64,000 bases of DNA from Octopus bimaculoides (taxonomy: Eukaryota): the NCBI RefSeq assembly GCF_001194135.2, contig NC_068982.1:177017102-177081101 (forward strand), written 5' to 3'. Both the position numbers and the translations under genes were made by a program. The notes below the pieces were generated by a model. The model was not told the origin of the DNA. It worked only from the letters and a program-made list of their open reading frames with translations, and did not search any database. Shown here piece after piece: positions 40,631 through 53,750 of this stretch. Position 1 is the first letter of the stretch. Each line of letters opens with the position of its first letter.

Positions 40631-40917
40631 CTGTGTATGTGTGTGTGTGTGTGTGTGTGTACGTGTTCGCGTATGTTTGTGTATGTGTGCGTGTGTGTCT
40701 GTGTGTATACATAAATGCATACACAAATACATATATACATGCAAGACAAATCATAAATAATGGACATCACATATTTATTTATTGCAGTAAATTTGGCTTA
40801 CAGCTGTTTCCGGTAATCATTATAGGTTCATTATTGATTCGTTTACTCAATCACCACCCATTGATTGAATGAGAAAATTGTACGACCTAGAGAATTAACA
40901 CTGCTCTCGTTGGAGTT

Positions 40918-41029
<112 letters not shown>

Positions 41030-41282
41030 TATGTGTAATGATGTATAAAGGAAACATCTAAGGATCCCAGTGTAGGAAGTTAGTAAGCGTCAAGTAGTCC
41101 GTAGAATGTATAAGAAATAACTTTTAGGAATCAATGGTTTATTAACGTAGAAGATTGTAAATGTTTCCCATATCGAAGTTCGATACGCTGAAAAAGTTAT
41201 TTTATAGGTCACCCTTAGCAACTGGGGTTGCTATGTATACGAATAAAAATCCAAATTTATGAAATGGGGGAGGTAAAATCCA

Positions 41283-41355
41283 GGCTACATATGTTTCCTA
41301 GCTCGGAAGTAGTAATTACTAAACGAGGAGTACTCCGATAGCTACTCATCAGACC
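41283..41355 (-). ncRNA. Type I hammerhead ribozyme motif (PLE/retrozyme-like)
   Basis: Minus strand reads ggt-CTGATGA-g-tagc(ta)tcgga-gta...tac(t)tccga-gcta-g-GAAA-CATATG-TA-gcc: complete core boxes, extended stem II, palindromic helix III and a GUA cleavage triplet. Confidence 0.75.
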
Positions 41356-44300
41356 GAAGGTACCTTAGTTATATGAAAGTTACAATGTCTTCAAAGGATC
41401 GCAAATTTAATCGCAGGAGTTTTGATCGACACTGAGAAGAAATCACGGAGTGAGAAAAAAAAACATAGGTATGAAGAAATGAATCGTGGGAATGGGTAAA
41501 TGTCTAAAGTTGTTAAGAAAAAGACAAAGAATAAAGAAAAGGAGAATTGGAAATGTAGGGGGGAATTTAGTAAGATTAAAGCTGGATAGGGGGTCTTTGA
41601 GAATATAGGCTGAGGTCATTCACAATGTCAACTGTAAATAAGTTAATGAATATATTGTGACACCCTGAGTATATATTCCTACAGAGTCAAAGAAAAATAA
41701 AATGGAAGAATTCAAAGAGGAAGAGAGAAGCAGAAAATTTAGGAGTGGTAGTAAGTTGGAATTTGCTAGAAGAGAGAGAGAAAGAGGTGGGAGATAATGT
41801 TTCTGGTCAATAGGGAAATAGTAGTTCTCGGTAAGTTGGTAGTTTATCACTTAACAGTAAAACTATACAAGCGCATATTAGCGTGCACGCGAGTATTTTT
41901 TTCTGTTCACCTGTAATATCTTGTAAGTGTGCACGCATGCATAGGTGCCTGTATATGCTCATGTGCAGAAAGAAGATGGAGGAAGATAACCAGGTTAAGA
42001 AGAAAATATAAGATATAAAATAATATAAAGGTAGTTAAAATGTCTGATCACTCCCATATATTATTTCTTCACAGCTATGCTTTCCATTTTCGATCAAATC
42101 TCCTTCGAATTAACTTGGGATCCCTTGACAACAATGTAACCTTCATTTAACTAAGATATCTTTGGCCTGTTGATTAACTTAACACTTGTTAAGTAATTAC
42201 TACTACAGAGTTTCTCTAACATATGTAACCTGGATTTTACCTGTTTCATTCCCTAAATTTCTTGGATTTTACGTGCGTGTGTTAGTGTCTGTGTGTGTGT
42301 GTGCGTACACAACTCTATATGTTGTATATGTGTGTGAAAGTATATGTGCATACATATGTACGTGTACATTTGAATACTACATGTGAATATGTGTATAATA
42401 GCTAGGCTGTAGTTTTCACTGAATTTCTGAGCTGATGATAAAGTCTTTGCAACACTTTAGAGACAAATACCGCAAAGAACTTTCTTCGGAAACAACAGAC
42501 CGTTTGTTTAGTTGTTATCGATTATATTCCTGAAACATATATAAACCTACATATATAGATATACACAGGGCTTCCATTTGATTTTCGATATCAAATCGTC
42601 CTCACCTTATAAGGAGTAATCAATCTTGCCTAAAGTTCTGAACTGTGTTAGCTGCACAGTCATTTCTTCTAAGTGCATTTTCTTAAAATTTCATCTAAAT
42701 ATTATGGCAATAATATTGAAGTCCGTTTAAGTGATGTAAATCAAGCTGAACATAATCAAAGCATGTATATCTTTGTCAATATACACAAATGAAATAGCAT
42801 TAGATTAAAATAAAGATATGCATAGCATTTATGATATATATACAAGCGTATATACTTTCTGTATATCTATAAGCAAAGTGTAGACAGAGATATAGGGAAC
42901 ATACGAGTCTCAAAATGCGAGTCCCGTTTCTTTTTATGTTGAAATTGTTTCACATTTACTTCCTTTAACTTGATACCGTAACGTTTTGTGTTCCAATCCC
43001 CATGAGGTTAAATATACTGTACATCCTCCTGGCCGCGCTGAAATAAACATCAATCAAGCACCTGAGTAGGTTCTAAAACCATCTTGGCTTCATGCTGATG
43101 TTAGAAAAGATTTTATGCAATATATTTTTATTGTGTTTATTTCATCCGCACCAAATAATATCAGTAATTGTAAAGATGGTCAACTTACACAGTTACAGTC
43201 GAAGACATTTGAGATATGTTATATGTCATGCAACTCTCTAAACTTGATTCATGAATTGAAAATCCACCCTAACCTCTGCGGAAATGAAAAGAAAAGAAAA
43301 AGAAGGATAAGTAAAGAAACTTAAGTAGAAGAAAAATAACACAGTTATAATAAAGAAAAATAAAAAGAATAATAAAACGTTACAATACAAATTGCAGCAA
43401 ATATCTTTCTTTTGGCTTATTTTTTAACCTTGAAAATTGCTAAAATAAAACGTGTAAGTAACTTGTTGAATGTAAAATCGTATATTATGACGCTGTTGTT
43501 AGATGTTATTCGCTAGCTTGCTGTTGATTTATAATCAAAGTTATGTTGCATATTCGGCTATGGATCCCTTTCTTTTGTTTTGATTTTTTTGTTCTTTTTT
43601 GACATTTTATTACATTCATAGCCAATGACAAAAACATATGAAATCTCTTTCTATGACATAATCTGCTAAACTCAAATCAATTTTGTTACAGACAAAATGT
43701 TTAACAAAATATATCATATTAACAATGAGTGTATCAGATAACACCAAGTCATATCCAGGTTGTTTATATATGTGTGAGGGTGAGAGAGACGGAATGTGAG
43801 ACACTACACACAGAAGATATCGTGCTATTAACTTCAATATCCGTAGCATCAAGCTTTCGAGCGGCTCCAACATAAATTTTCTTGTCAGCTCAATTGAAAC
43901 TTGTATTCTTATATTCTCCCAGCTTCCTTATTTTTAAGTGCTGTAAAACGCCGGTATATGTCACGAAAATAACATTCGTTTCGTTATATATTAAAAAAAA
44001 AACGCCTTCCAATATTTTCCTTTCTTCATCACTAAATTGTTTCCTTCATCTCACACTCTACTTTTTCCCATTTTAGTTTTGACGTATCAGCATCAATTTT
44101 TGTATATCTATATATTACTCACATATACAAATAGATAATTGGATCAGTATATATCTTTCTAACACAAAAGAAAACTTTTTTTTTGTTTATGTGCAAATGG
44201 GCGATGCAGTATTTTCTCTTTTTTTTTTTTCGTTTAGCAGTTTCATTCATGCAACCCCCTTCACATATTTCTTCCTTTCTCTTTGCATATGAACATCAAT

Positions 44301-44519
44301 TTTGTATAGTTGTATATGTATACGTCTATAATTTACTCTCATATAGAAATAGATAGTTGAAGAGAGAGAGAGGGGGGATATATAGGTTAAGTTCCCTGAT
44401 CAATAAATAGATGTCTTTATAATGTAGAACTACACAAATTGCTATAAATGTGGAGAGAAAGATACAGAGGAAGCGCTCAGCATTCAAATACGCATTAACA
44501 AAAGTTTTCAATGTCTCTC

Positions 44520-44561
<42 letters not shown>

Positions 44562-45044
44562 NNNNNNNNNNNNNNNNNNNNNNNNNNNNNNNNNNNNNNN
44601 NNNNNNNNNNNNNNNNNNNNNNNNNNNNNNNNNNNNNNNNNNNNNNNNNNNNNNNNNNNNNNNNNNNNNNNNNNNNNNNNNNNNNNNNNNNNNNNNNNNN
44701 NNNNNNNNNNNNNNNNNNNNNNNNNNNNNNNNNNNNNNNNNNNNNNNNNNNNNNNNNNNNNNNNNNNNNNNNNNNNNNNNNNNNNNNNNNNNNNNNNNNN
44801 NNNNNNNNNNNNNNNNNNNNNNNNNNNNNNNNNNNNNNNNNNNNNNNNNNNNNNNNNNNNNNNNNNNNNNNNNNNNNNNNNNNNNNNNNNNNNNNNNNNN
44901 NNNNNNNNNNNNNNNNNNNNNNNNNNNNNNNNNNNNNNNNNNNNNNNNNNNNNNNNNNNNNNNNNNNNNNNNNNNNNNNNNNNNNNNNNNNNNNNNNNNN
45001 NNNNNNNNNNNNNNNNNNNNNNNNNNNNNNNNNNNNNNNNNNNN

Positions 45045-45091
<47 letters not shown>

Positions 45092-45111
45092 TATGTATGT
45101 ATGTATATATA

Positions 45112-46230
45112 CAAGAAGAAATACTTGGCGTTGCCTGAGTTAAGGAGAATAATGAAATTTAAAAGCGCCATCTAGATTACGCAGGTCTCAACTGCTAGTA
45201 GTTGAGGTACCAACTTTCTATATTAATAACTCTCCAGCGTATGGCAGCATAGAAGCATGTGAAATGTTAAAAGAAAGTTTTCAACTGATATGTGTATATA
45301 GAGTAAATACACGTGATTCAAAAACACGTTTTGTGTAGCTTATTTCGTAACCAAAAAATAAGTACAGATTGTGAACAATGAAAGCCCGATTTTGGTGCTT
45401 CATTTGACAGAGGTAGCAGAGAGCCAATCCGATGATAAATCTGACCTTGTGTCTTAAAAGTTTGCATGACTTCTGTCTCAGTTAAATCTCTTGGAGCTCC
45501 AAATGATGTTATCTGTAGTACAGCGTTGTATTGCTTAATTTTGTTTTGGAAGTGCTTGGAATCTTGTTCAGTTGATGACAACAGTTACTGCAATGGCTCT
45601 GGAGGTTGGGGGATTGCAAGGGGTTTAACCTTTCCACCACTGCAGTACAGTACAAGTGTCTCTCCAGGCCACTTCCTTGCTTTACAATGTACGCTCTCAG
45701 TTGTCATTGCATCAATAGAAACTCTAGTGTCATCTGCATAATGAACTGAACTGCTGGATCATAATTAAAAGCTGCTTCATAGACATTCTTTCTCTGAACT
45801 TTTGCAACTGCTTTTCGTTCTGCAGTGGAGATCTTATTCCTTATCAGCCGTGCATACTTCTGTTCATCACTTTAAGATGCTCTGTTTTTTTAGTGCGCAG
45901 TCTGTTCGTATTCTTCCCTTTCTGTAGCTGTCTCTCTTTCCTTGGGCAGAGACAATCTTTTGAGTGACCTTGACATTGTTTGACAAATTTGACACTATCT
46001 TTCTAGGCATGATTATATATGTATACAGAAATACACGGGTGCAGAGACAGTAAACAACTAAAGTAACTGAGTAACGAAATTATATTTATTAATACAACAG
46101 GCAGAAAGGAAATAAGAATTTTTTACGGAAAATGAAGAATTACATGGGTTGAAGTGAAATTTGTCAGTGAACCAAAGAGCTAGTATCGAAGGAAACAGAA
46201 AAAAGCCGTTAACAAGAGAAAAGTGTTTGA
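45112..46230 (-). mobile_element. Internally deleted Helitron (N-terminal ORF part plus 3' terminus)
   Basis: MPRKIVSNLS.., AFNYDP, HCKARKWPGET..CSGGKVKP, SKHFQNKIKQYNAVLQITSFGA and TFKTQGQIYHRIGSLLP are typical Helitron pre-Rep motifs. Decayed 3' hairpin (tcaggcaacgccaag) and a CTTG|T end at 45112. Confidence 0.85.
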
Positions 46231-47064
46231 AAACCGATACGGAGGGTCTAATCTGTGCTGCCTAAGAGCAAGCACTAAGAACCAACTACATAAAATACAG
46301 AATAGACAACACAGCAGAAAGTAATAAGTGCAGAATCTGTAGGCAAAACGGTGAAACCGTATGGTATATTACCAGGCAATGTACGCCACTAGCCGAGAAG
46401 GTATATAAGAGACACCACGACAATATAGTCATTGGACATTTTGCAACAAGAATATAATTGACAGAGCAAAAAAACTGGTAAGACCACAAACCTGAAGGCA
46501 TTGTCGAAAATGGAAATGCAAAGATCCTATGGGATTTTATTATTCAGTGCGACCATGAGATAGGGAATAGGAAGCCGGAGATAGTCTTAATTGAAAAACA
46601 AAACTATACTGGATCATATAGATAGCATGCCCAGCGATAAGGAAGAAAGAAATGACGAGAGATATGACAGGTTATATGACAGGTTGGGAAGTTAAGCAGT
46701 TGTGGTCGATGAAAAAGGTAGCAGTAGTACCAATAAATGTCGGAGCCCCAGGAACAGTGAGCAAAAATCTCGAGATGTACGTGGAACAAATAGAGTCTGC
46801 AATAAGGGTGGAGCNNNNNNNNNNNNNNNNNNNNNNNNNNNNNNNNNNNNNNNNNNNNNNNNNNNNNNNNNNNNNNNNNNNNNNNNNNNNNNNNNNNNNN
46901 NNNNNNNNNNNNNNNNNNNNNNNNNNNNNNNNNNNNNNNNNNNNNNNNNNNNNNNNNNNNNNNNNNNNNNNNNNNNNNNNNNNNNNNNNNNNNNNNNTAG
47001 TTCACTGGTAATGAACAGCTGACACCGTAGTGCATCTCTAGTGTTAGAAGCTGTGCAAAAGCAA
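46230..47064 (+). mobile_element. R4/Dong-type non-LTR retrotransposon 3' part
   Basis: KTDTEGLICAA*EQALRTNYIKYRID..KCRICRQNGETV..HHDN, HKPEGIVEN..KILWDFIIQCDH..RKPEIVL, VVPINVGAPG; spans a gap, and the 3' end runs into (AAT)n. Confidence 0.85.
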
Positions 47065-47233
<169 letters not shown>

Positions 47234-48064
47234 ATAGTAACAATGAGCAAAGTAAACTAAGAATCATCAGGTTCTTAAGTGTCGTTCAATTGTCTCAAAT
47301 TCAAAGAAATCTTTCGGCGAAATTATCAATATCATTGCAAATAAATCCATTATCTCAGAAACTAATACTCCTGTATTCTTAGTGACTGATAACTTCATGA
47401 ATCCGTAACAAATTGTTAATCTCAATAAAATCCCTACCTTCTAATGTAAGGAGTTTATTTGTCTTGGTTCATTTGAGATAATGATGATATTAAAGATCAA
47501 AATGTCCATCTTATGAATTAATCTCTTTCAAATCGCAGCATTCAGTATCCTCATGTGAGATTGCTAAAGCAGATATTATCCAGCTAAATACATTTTGCCC
47601 CTTAAACACACAAAATGAATCCCATCACGATATTGTTGTCTCGTGCGATAACCATCGCCAGTGAATAATAGCAAAGGTTGTATCCTTCTTTTGCTCCTCG
47701 ATCCATCGAGAAATTAAATATGCTGCTGAGCTGTACTATTTAGTAAAATTCTAAATCTCTATGCTAATCAAAGAGTGATAATACAACCATGCATTCTAAA
47801 AATTTATCTAATTTTCGATAGCAAATCCCGACACTATTAAATTGAATAAACAACTTGACACTCAGGATCAAGCATGTACTGAAACACTCACTTCCTCACA
47901 TCACATGCTACCATATCATTGTAATTATTTGTAATATTGTCATATAACACCACAGACACCAACACTTTATATATCTATCTGCAAATATATCCGTGTGTCT
48001 TTCTCTCTGTACACATTTAGAAATGTACATAAATTATATAAATGTATTTACGTATATGGCTATC

Positions 48065-48123
<59 letters not shown>

Positions 48124-48699
48124 GTCTGTCTGTCTGTCTGTATGTATGTATGTATGTATGTATGTATATACACACACACACAATTACACACACGCACACA
48201 TATATGTATGTATTTATATACGCAAGTAAGCACATGAATGCAAAACAAGGTGGAGAAAGAAGTACTCGAATCCCAAAGTTTGAGTAATATGCTATTATTA
48301 AAGCCGAAAAATTCAGAAACAGTTACTCGGTGATTCACGTTACCATCGTCGGACAGTTGTAATCATACTAAATAAAATTGTATGAGCACATGTAGTCATT
48401 ACAGTTCAACCAATAAGCAATTGAATTCGGTTTGATGACTGTTCAATTAGTCTTAACAAAACTAACGGTGCCGCGGAAGAATCTGACCCAAAATGTAAAA
48501 GATTCGGATAGATGGAAACTGCTTAATGAAAGGCGTAGTATATAGAACTCGGCTTCAGCTAGATAACACCACAGTAAATAACTTTAAACCGTTATTATAT
48601 TCGTACAGGAATTCTTACAATTGCACCGAAAACAGATCAGCAACGAGGACAGCCAAGCAAATATGGCTGTTAAAAGGAGAATGTTGTTCCACATTTTAA

Positions 48700-48990
48700 A
48701 TTTATTTGTCGATTTAGACAAATACATTCAAGGGTCATAAAGGAACTCAATTAAATGTCCATTATGTCTGAATGACAATTTTTTGTGTCCTTTCCTACAA
48801 TAAGGAGCTTTAAACTGCAATACGAACTCCTGAAGTTTTGCAGATACGATCCTAGGTACCTTATAAGCTGGCAAGCGATTCCATAGCCTATTTGGTATTT
48901 GCAATGTATCCCCATTTTTATCGCACACTTCCCGAGAGTATTTCTTTCAATATATTGGCTTTTAAACGACTTTTTCACAAGCTCTCTTCC
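48700..48990 (-). mobile_element. Possible LINE ORF2 C-terminal remnant
   Basis: RLWNRLPAYKV resembles the WN.LP motif near CR1/L2 ORF2 ends; otherwise unrecognisable. Confidence 0.3.
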
Positions 48991-50194
48991 ACTTTGGTTG
49001 TTTCAAACGACTCTTTATTCTACCATTTTACACTGAATTCCGCCGATTTTTCTTTTTATTTTCTTAAACAGATAATGTCAGGTCAGTTAGGAAATGAAAC
49101 AGATTCACTTTCTATTCAAATATGGAACTAATAACTTCTGTTACCCTTTGCCAGGGATTTTCCTAGACACTTAACTTATGGAACTGCAAACTGCCATTAT
49201 CTGTTACCTAGAATTTAGTTAATTCCTCATTCATAGAAATACCAAACACATCTCTTCTTTAGCCTGGACATTTCTTGGTCTCTCGAAGAACTGGTAACTA
49301 CTAATACTCCACCTTTTTATATATTGTTATTTTTCTCTCCGTTGAGAGAATACTTATCTTACATGTTCTCCTTTACTCAATAATATATAACCCACATGTC
49401 CAGCTATTCTAGAAACAGCAGTAAGGCACTTTACGTATTTATTATAACTATTCTGCGCTGTTTATATTATAAATTAAATGTTCTAGAATCATACCACTTG
49501 TTTTTTCTTGTTCATTATCTGTTTTAATGTTTTAATCTACCCGCTCAATGATGAAGTACTTCTAGCCACCTCTGATAAGCAATTCCAGCACTGCATTTTT
49601 AAGTTGCTGTTCAAGCCGGAGTTTTAGTGATCAACCAAACTGAGCACTGATAATACATATCTATTACATTATGTCAATTGACAGAAATATTTGGCATACA
49701 CGCTGTATGAAATATATGTATTCTCATCTCTCAATCTTTCGTTTTCTCTCTAGCTATGTGTGGTGTGTGTGTGTGTGACTCTCTCTCTCTCTCTCTCTCT
49801 CTCTGCGTGTGTGTGTATGTGTATGTACGTGTGCATGTGCATATGTATGTGTGTGCGCTTGTGTGTGCATGTATATTATGCATATACTTAAACAAAAACA
49901 TATACATGCATTTGTTTACAGAGTTTACATGCATGAAAAACCGAGCAATGACGGGAATAAAATTAAACACAAGTGTTGGGTATGATATTTTAAATCATTA
50001 TATAAATTAGTAAAGGTATATATATATACCTCACACACACATATGCATGTATATGTGTTCGTTTATGCATGTGCCCCACTGGCGAATTGCAATGAACAAA
50101 TATTCAAATCCACCGACGAACAAAAAGGAGATAAGGGAACAATGCCAACATGATCAGTTAACATCTCAGTGATAAGGAAAATGTAATGATTAGT

Positions 50195-50316
50195 TTTTGG
50201 TCGGCCCGAGGCTAAAGTAGAAGACACTCGCCCAAGGTGCTAAATAGCAGGACTGAACCCAGAAACCATGTAGTTGGTAGACAAGCTACTTACCACACAG
50301 CCATTCCCACGCCTAT
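50195..50316 (-). mobile_element. SINE family B head
   Basis: Reverse complement of the 31687-31805 head (ggtcggcccgaggctaaagtagaagacac..actgaaccc..cttaccacacagcc). Confidence 0.85.
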
Positions 50317-50467
50317 AAAAAACATTGCTCCTGACATCGGTGGGATATATATATATATANNNNNNNNNNNNNNNNNNNNNNNNNNNNNNNNNNNNNNNNN
50401 NNNNNNNNNNNNNNNNNNNNNNNNNNNNNNNNNNNNNNNNNNNNNNNNNNTGTGTGTGTGTGTGTGT

Positions 50468-50506
<39 letters not shown>

Positions 50507-50511
50507 TGTAA

Positions 50512-53165
50512 CACTAGGCAACAAAGAATTTGTCACAGAAGGCCTAACATGTATTCCTTGGTAATTTCGGTATGCTGATTTCAAATCTATGATTACATTT
50601 TTCCCTATTACGTCTAGATTTTGTGTAAAATGCAAATCACTTAGTAAAATTTCCTACCGTGTCCACATTTTGGTTTTTATCGTTTTAATCCTTTCGTTAC
50701 CAAACCGGCTGAACCGGTTCTGACTCTAAGTACAAATGTCTTGTTTTCATAAGTTTTGAGTTAAAATCTTCCACTAAACCGTTGTCACAATTTTTGTTCC
50801 TAACACTAGCTGAACCATAACTAAGTTATTTTACTGAATTCTTTGTTATATTTAAAATAGTTGAAAGAAACACAGAGCATCTCAGAAGTACAGTAACGAA
50901 AGGTTTAATGCTAGTAATATGAAACTTGCTTTTCAAGGTTAAAGGAAATTTTCTTTACGAACTGTATACAAAATCTAACGACTTTGATCAATAAAATTAT
51001 CCCGAGTTGGCAACACCGAATTAAGAGCATCGTAACGGCCCAACGGTCAGTCGCTACGTGACAGTCAAGTAGAACAGATGCTGAAGCTCTCTGCTGATAA
51101 GCACGTAAGAGGCTGTGTGTTTTAATAGCGTTTGCTTTGTACTACAGAGTGTATTTGTTTTTATTTTGTACATTGTAATCATTACTTTCTACGGTTTATT
51201 TAGATATTGTATAGTAATTAAAATGCAATCAAATAGACGTGCTTGCGGAAATCACCTAGGCAATATCTACTACAGCTATGGACAATATACACCTAAGCCA
51301 CAACGCAGAAACATTATATGTGCTTTCAAGTATTATTTTGACTTTAAGTTAGGAGGTAAAGTGAGATGCTGGGCACCACATACCTGCTGCACACAGGACA
51401 ATGCAATGTGAATAGCTTGGATAAATTGTAAAAGAAAATCTATGCCGTTCTCAGAAACCATGGTTAGCGAGAGCCGAAAAATCACATCAATGTTTATTTT
51501 TGACAAAGAAAATCAAGTGAAAGATCATGTGCCCAAACTGCGAATCAGCAATAAAACTAGTAGCATATTATGGAACAACTCCACCACCAGTTCCACCGGT
51601 AACAACAACAGACAGCAATTTTGAAAGTGATATAGAAATAAGGAAAGCTGGTGTATCTATTTCAGATGCGACTAGCTCCCTACAGTTGTTAGGTGAAGTG
51701 GGGTTCAATGAAGTAGAGTTCACAATTTGGAATTATCCAAAGAAAAGGCAGAATTGCTGATTCTAGACTCCAAGAATGGAATTTTCTGCTGCCAAACATC
51801 AAAGTTCACCATTTACAGTTTTCACCGCCATCGCCATTTGCAGTTTTATCATTTTACTTACAGAAGGAAAATGTTTGTTTCTGCCACGACATCAGTGGCT
51901 AGGTGGAAAGGATTGGCTTTCGCTGTGATCCAAAAGAATGGAAACTGTTCATTGACTATAGTAAAGCTAGCCTTATGGCTGTATTACTGCACAACGGCAA
52001 GGAAAAACCTTCGATATCTGTAGCACATGTCATTGCCCTTAATGACAGTTATAAACCAATGGAACTGCTGCTAAGACTCATCAAATATAAAGACTATATA
52101 TGGAATATTTGTGGTGACCTTAAAGTTATATCATTATTTCTTGGGTTACAGTCGGGATACACAAAGCATATGTGCTTTTTGTGTCTATGGAACAGAAGAG
52201 ATGACAAGAACCACCACAAAAAATGATTGGCCATCTAGAACTGAACATGTTGGTAAACACAATGGGAAACACCCTGCATTTATTGACTTCACATTAAACT
52301 TGGCCTTACGAAATATTTCGTGAAGTGTATGGATCATCAAGGTGGTGCTGTCCAACATTTAAAGGATAAATTTCAAGGAATATTAACAGACGCTAAGCTA
52401 GAAGTTTTCACTGGACCACAAATGCGCAGTCATACACGACTCATCGTTTCCATTTAATGTAAACGAGAATGAACTACGAGCTTGGGCATCTCTTGTTAAA
52501 GTTGTCAAAAACTGTTTTGGAACCCACAAGGCTGAAAACCACCATGAGCTTGTAGAAAACAAGCTTTAAATCTTAAGAAAAACTGGGATGCAGAATGTCT
52601 TTGAAAATGCATTTTTTACATTCGTATCTTGACATCTTCCTGGCCAACCTTGGGGCTGTGAGTGACGAGCATGGTGAGCGCTTCCTCTAACCGTTCTCAG
52701 TTGTGGAAAGCAGGTACCAAGGTAATTTCATCCCAAATATGGTGGGAGATTACTGTTAGTTCCTGAGAGTTCGTCATCCTACAAGTGACAAAGGAAGTGG
52801 AAGCACCAAAGTTTTACTTAAGAACAGTAAGTTGCCTTTCGATAGAAACAACAAAATACTAACGCGCTTTGAGTGGATAGTTGGGTGCAGGGATGGTATA
52901 TCCGCCAGCAGAATTCTTCCTCCTTTATTCTGTCTTAAGCCACAATAAAGGAGAAAAGAAACCCCTGTTCACTAATTATTTAATTATGCTTAACATAAAA
53001 CGTGGCACGGAAAAGCAGCTTAGGCGGCTTTCGTAATAGAAGCGGATGAGATAGAAATGAAATATAGGGTATTTCGGTTTCACAAAATCTGGATGGAGAA
53101 ATTTAGATATCACATCTGAAATAAGTATCAGAAATTTTGTAGGAATCAGTAGTTTATTGTCTGTT
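50512..53165 (+). mobile_element. Chapaev3-type DNA transposon (CMC superfamily, Transib/RAG1-related core), decayed
   Basis: TAA|CAC left terminus and subterminal inverted similarity (50545-50635 vs 53075-53150). Chapa domain RACGNH..YGQYT..YYFDFKLG..WAPH. Core WKLFIDYSKASLMAVLLHNG, WNICGDLKV..LGLQSGYTKHMCFLCLW, HIKLGL, MSLKMHFLHSYL, AVSDEHGERF. Confidence 0.85.
50689..50904. mobile_element. TTAA-flanked (piggyBac-like) MITE nested in the Chapaev3 leader
   Basis: ttaa|tcctttcgttac ... gtaacgaaaggt|ttaa, with TTAA at 50685-88 and 50905-08. Confidence 0.75.
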
Positions 53166-53579
53166 ATTAAACAAGTTGAAATTTAAATCTTATACAAGAT
53201 ACTTAATATAAATATTTAATATATTTAAGTAAATAGCATGAAAATAAAAGACAATTCAGGCTTTGGCATCGGGAATTGAGTTGAGAAGCTTTAACTTCAT
53301 ACATATCACTACACTTCGACGTGTGATTGGCTCTCTCGACATCCCAAGATTGGCTCTCTCGTAATCCCAACAAGCCCCTCTTGTTCCTATCCGGTGCCTT
53401 TTTACAACTAGAGTAAAATATGGTGAAACATAAATATGACATCTGAATATGTATTTATTCATCACCATGACGTAATGGGACTATAGTCATCAATGCAAGT
53501 CTATAAATCTTATACCATTATGTAATATTTATATATCTCTGCACGTGTGTGTTTGAGTCTGTGAATATATGTACATATA

Positions 53580-53608
53580 TAGATAGATAGACAGATAGAC
53601 AGGCAGAC

Positions 53609-53661
<53 letters not shown>

Positions 53662-53750
53662 CATACATACATACATACATACATACATACATACATACAT
53701 GCATACATACATACATACATACATACATACATACATACATAGATACATAC
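53580..53750. repeat. (TAGA)n(CATA)n compound tetranucleotide repeat
   Basis: Direct inspection. Confidence 0.95.

Noticed and set aside
42432-42515. CTGATGA...GAAA with an aaagtctttgc/gcaaagaacttt stem (hammerhead-like)
   Set aside because: Unpaired spacers next to the core, no stem I and a poor cleavage triplet.
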